A DNA stretch of 63,993 nt, the filler included, from a bacterium (GTDB lineage: Bacteria > UBA9089 > CG2-30-40-21 > SBAY01), in assembly GCA_040757115.1 (NCBI GenBank). It is 8 parts of 8 records of this genome, joined end to end, with 100 filler letters (N's around TTAATTAATTAA, not from the genome) between each part and the next. Parts side by side here need not be neighbours in the genome. Positions count along the whole stretch, not along the records: positions 59,946 to 63,993 come from JBFLYA010000305.1; 7 more parts are not named here. One strand, written 5' to 3'. The translations under genes were made by a program, and so were the position numbers. Each line of letters begins with the position of its first letter. Within the stretch, counting starts at the first letter, position 1. This document shows, piece by piece, positions 60,329-63,993 of the stretch. Below the pieces are notes generated by a model, which was not told where the DNA came from, did no database searches, and was given only the letters and a program-made list of their open reading frames with translations.

Positions 60329-62617
60329 ATGTTTAATAAAAAGGATATATCAATCCTATTAATTTTAATTGGCGTAACACTACTCTTTTTTGCCAGAGTA
60401 TTAGTAACGGATTTTACCTTTGGATATGGTGATATTCATCGGTATTTTTATCCAATTCGCTATTTTAGTGCCTCTGCCATAAAGGAAGGTATCATCCCTT
60501 TCTGGAATCCTTATTTATTTGCTGGCATTCCAAATTTAGCCGCTTTACAACCAGCAGTATTTTATCCTATGTCTATCTTAACCTACATCTTTCCTTTCTT
60601 CTTTGGAATTAAACTATTTATCATTTCCCATTTTACATTAGCCTCAATTTTTACCTATCTATTGATGCGTAATTTCAATATCAGTAGAACTGGGTCTTTA
60701 ATCTCAAGCGTTACCTACGGGTTTGGTGGATTTGTTTTATCCGTAGTTGATATGCTTACCACTCTAAGTGCCGCTACCTGGACGCCACTTATCCTTTTAT
60801 TCTATACTAAAGCATTAACAAACAAACATAACATTTATCTTATGTTAACCGGGTTATTTTTAGCCGTCCAATTTTTAGCCGGCGAACCAACGCAATTGTA
60901 TGGAAGTTTAATTATGTTAGTCCTATTCTGGTTATTTCAACCACAACCTTTAAAAAAATGGATATTTCAAGGGATTACTCCATGGGTAATTTGTATCGGA
61001 TTAGTCCTTTTCCAGATATTGCCTTTTTTAGAGATGGGTTTATTTTCAACCCGCACCGGCGGAGTTAAGTTCACCCATGCCACAAGTCTATCATTAGGAC
61101 CGCATGAATTATTAAATTTAGTCTTACCTTATTTTACAGGTAATTTTATTGACGAGAGTCATTTCTGGTTTGGTCAATCCTGGCTTGAGAGCATCTATAT
61201 GGGCATTTTGCCTTTATTATTTGTGTTTACGGCAGTGCTTTTTATAAGAAAAAACCACCTCGTTATCTTCTTTACCTCAATTATCCTTATTTTTCTTATC
61301 CTTTCTTTAGGTCGGCTTCTTCCAATCTATGAGTTACTTTATAAATATTTACCTGGTTTTAGTATGATTAGATACCCGGTTAAATTTTTCTCTTTTGCCG
61401 CATTTGGATGTAGTATCTTAGCGGGTTTTGGATATGACTACTTTCGGGGTCAAACCTTGAAAATAGAATTTAAAAATAAATTCTATTTTCAAGGTCTAAC
61501 CCCATTAATCCTATTTCCCTTTTTAAAAAAGATTTATTTTCCAGATGCAACTGACCTTCAGATAGATACATGGGCAAATAGCATTTTTTTAAATTTTATT
61601 ATCGTCTGCTTAATTATTATCTCCTGTATTTTGCTTATCTCTTTGTTATTTAAAAACAAAATTCCAATATCCGCATTTAATTTTGGGATAGTTAGTTTTG
61701 TTATCCTCGACTTATTTCTGTTTGGGAGCAGAATTAATCCCTTTGTTCCTCAAAAGATTTATGGATATAAATCAGAGGGTTTAAGATTTATCTTGCAAGA
61801 TAGGGATTTTTATCGTATCTTATTAGAGCCGAAAAGTGAAAAGTATTTCCATATCATTCGTGGAGCGACATTGGAAGAGGCACTGATAAATGTCCAGCAA
61901 TCTTTAGTCCCAAATTCAGGGCTTTTCTACAAAATTTTTGATGCCGAAGGCTATGAATCTTTAACCCTGAATGATTACAACCATGTTTTAGAATTGATTA
62001 AAAAAGAAGGAAGGTTAAATTTATTAGACTTATTGAATGTTAAATATCTTATCTCTAAGTTTGAATTAAAAATGCCGCACTTAAAACTTGTGTATGAAGA
62101 TGCCGCAATTAAAATATACCAGAATATGACCTGTCTGCCAAGGGCATTTTTTGTCTCAAAGATACGAGTAATCGAAAATAGGGCTAAAATTTTAGAGGTA
62201 ATGAACAGATTGAATTTTAATCCAATGAGAGAGGTAATTATAGAAGAAGGAATCCAACATAAATCCAAAATTTTGCCTTGCAACAATCTTCGAATTCAAA
62301 ATCCAAAATCCAAAATAAAAATTATAGATTACCAACCTAACAAAATTATCCTTGAAGCGTCTTCTAAGGGAAATTGTCTTTTATTTTTAAGCGATACCTA
62401 TTATCCTGGCTGGCAGGCTTACATAGATGGTAAGTTAACAAAGATTTATCGGGCAAACTATGCCTTTCGGGCAATTAGTTTCCCGGCAGGTAATCATAAA
62501 GTAGAATTTATCTATTTTCCATTTAGTTTTTTAGTGGGGATAATTGGAAGCATTGTCAGTGGATTTATATCAGCAACTCTACTTATGACAACCTTCGTGG
62601 TCAAACCTTCAAAATAG
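60329..62617 (+). CDS. YfhO-family membrane protein (GT-C-like)
   Basis: GD...YFYP, PFWNPYLFAG.P, multiple TMs, DTYYPGWQAYIDG and RANYAFRA motifs. Confidence 0.9.
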   Translation: MFNKKDISILLILIGVTLLFFARVLVTDFTFGYGDIHRYFYPIRYFSASAIKEGIIPFWNPYLFAGIPNLAALQPAVFYPMSILTYIFPFFFGIKLFIISHFTLASIFTYLLMRNFNISRTGSLISSVTYGFGGFVLSVVDMLTTLSAATWTPLILLFYTKALTNKHNIYLMLTGLFLAVQFLAGEPTQLYGSLIMLVLFWLFQPQPLKKWIFQGITPWVICIGLVLFQILPFLEMGLFSTRTGGVKFTHATSLSLGPHELLNLVLPYFTGNFIDESHFWFGQSWLESIYMGILPLLFVFTAVLFIRKNHLVIFFTSIILIFLILSLGRLLPIYELLYKYLPGFSMIRYPVKFFSFAAFGCSILAGFGYDYFRGQTLKIEFKNKFYFQGLTPLILFPFLKKIYFPDATDLQIDTWANSIFLNFIIVCLIIISCILLISLLFKNKIPISAFNFGIVSFVILDLFLFGSRINPFVPQKIYGYKSEGLRFILQDRDFYRILLEPKSEKYFHIIRGATLEEALINVQQSLVPNSGLFYKIFDAEGYESLTLNDYNHVLELIKKEGRLNLLDLLNVKYLISKFELKMPHLKLVYEDAAIKIYQNMTCLPRAFFVSKIRVIENRAKILEVMNRLNFNPMREVIIEEGIQHKSKILPCNNLRIQNPKSKIKIIDYQPNKIILEASSKGNCLLFLSDTYYPGWQAYIDGKLTKIYRANYAFRAISFPAGNHKVEFIYFPFSFLVGIIGSIVSGFISATLLMTTFVVKPSK
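61446..61503. repeat. Palindromic element inside the YfhO CDS
   Basis: GGGGTCAAACCTTGAAAATAGAATTT-6-AAATTCTATTTTCAAGGTCTAACCCC. A second copy lies at ~62598-62652. Confidence 0.8.
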
Positions 62618-62661
62618 AATTTATTTTTAAATTCTATTTTCAAGGTTTGCCATTAATCCGT

Positions 62662-63195
62662 TCAACCTTTAATTAAAATAAAGATTATTCCTGTGATTAC
62701 AGAAATAACCAATGGAGCGAATAATCCCATTGTCCAGTAGAAATGGCTGTCAACTTTCTTAGTTAAATTATCTATCCTGGCATTTAAACGCTGGTCTAAC
62801 CCATCTATTCGCTTATCTAACCCATCTATCCTGGCACTTAGACGCTGGTCTAACCCCTCTATCCGCTTATCTAACCCATCTATCCTGGCATTTACACTCT
62901 TATCTAACCCATCTATCCGCTTATCCGTCTCATCAAACCGCATTATGACATATTCTTTCAATTCATCTATCCGCTTATTTGTCTCATCTATTCTGGTATG
63001 TAAACCATCTATCCTAGCATCTAATCGTTGTGTATTTATTGCTATTATGGTTTCTAATTGCTGTGTATTTCGCCTTATCTCAGACCGCATTGCTTCTATT
63101 TCTGTAACAAAGCGTTTTTCTCGCTCATCTAAATAGCGGTCATAGTAAGGTGGGATTATCTCTTCTGATTTTATTGCATGGGCTGGCATAGCCAT
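62662..63195 (-). CDS. Coiled-coil repeat protein with C-terminal TM
   Basis: Repeated RIDGLD 7/11-residue units and a hydrophobic C-terminus. AGAGGAG RBS. Confidence 0.8.
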   Translation of the reverse strand: MAMPAHAIKSEEIIPPYYDRYLDEREKRFVTEIEAMRSEIRRNTQQLETIIAINTQRLDARIDGLHTRIDETNKRIDELKEYVIMRFDETDKRIDGLDKSVNARIDGLDKRIEGLDQRLSARIDGLDKRIDGLDQRLNARIDNLTKKVDSHFYWTMGLFAPLVISVITGIIFILIKG

Positions 63196-63229
63196 TATTA
63201 TCTCCTCTGGTATTTGGTAACCAATTTTT

Positions 63230-63425
63230 GTAACCGTTCAGGGATATAGCCACAGAGTCACAGAGAGAATATATAACCCCGAATGAATACGAATAATAAA
63301 AAACAGGAAAGCGAACCTAAAGGTTCCCCCTACACTTATCGAATGTCACAGGTTAATTTGTGTCTATTTGTGGCTAATTTTCCTAATTCTCTGCGAACTC
63401 TGTGCCTCTGTGGCTGAACGTTTAC
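63230..63425. mobile_element. GTAAC-TIR MITE between promoter and gene
   Basis: 8-bp TSD CAATTTTT. A minus-strand TTGACA-17-TATAAT lies just beyond, at ~63454-63482. Confidence 0.8.
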
Positions 63426-63993
63426 CAATTTTTTAATTTTCTAAGGTGATATTATTATATTATACAATCAATAATTTGTCAAGAAAAAGTTACCACGAAT
63501 TAAACGAATTTTACGAATGAATACTAATTATTAGAATAATGTAATCGTTCAGGTGGTCTGGTGTCTGGGTGTCTATGTGTCTGGGTTACATAGACTACCT
63601 GACACTTAGACACATTTTTATTCGTCCAATTCGTGAAATTCGTGGTATATTATACTTTCCTATATGATCAAGAAAAAAAAGGGATAATTTTTCCACCGCA
63701 AGATGCCACAGAGAACGCAAAGAATAAAAAAACAATTGGATTGACACCACTTGTGGTATAGCACTTATTAATCGAAATTTGACATAGATATAGCTATGAA
63801 ATTCCAAATCACAAATTCCAAATTCCAAACAAATTCGAATGACCAAAATTCAAAACATTACCCCCACTATAGTTTCGTGATTTTTAGAAGATTGAAATCC
63901 CCTGAAAACACAAGGAAGAGGAATTATTGCAAAGTTATGGCTAAACCATGAGTTGCAAAAAATAGTGAGTGAATTACAAAATTCCAAATCACA

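Overview
This AT-rich bacterial window looks like a metagenome assembly. It consists of 8 contigs joined by artificial 100-nt N/TTAATTAATTAA linkers, so adjacency across linkers is meaningless. Housekeeping content includes clpB, tRNA-Ser(CGA), purF, purC, an NCS2 permease, dnaA-dnaN with a bipartite oriC, pnp, rimO-tsaE-tsaB-pabA/trpG, rpsL and ilvC. There are five main accessory features. (i) A ~11.5-kb cluster of STAND/NLR-like NTPases: a beta-propeller-STAND; an HD-STAND-wHTH-class III cyclase-STAND-TPR gene broken by two small frame disruptions; and a paralogous STAND-TPR with a swapped N-terminus. (ii) A triplicated membrane coiled-coil gene with variable heptad number. (iii) A wHTH/GHKL-ATPase/wHTH operon behind a Fic gene. 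(iv) Two toxin-antitoxin pairs, one next to a solo attC site. (v) Intergenic DNA filled by nested miniature elements from at least 6 terminal-inverted-repeat families, several with target-site duplications. These carry periodic inverted repeats and internally deleted GxxExxY, four-helix-bundle and IS200-type genes. There is also an array-forming ~52-bp site with a covarying hairpin whose end often supplies ribosome-binding sites. All calls are from motif reading only; no database searches were run.
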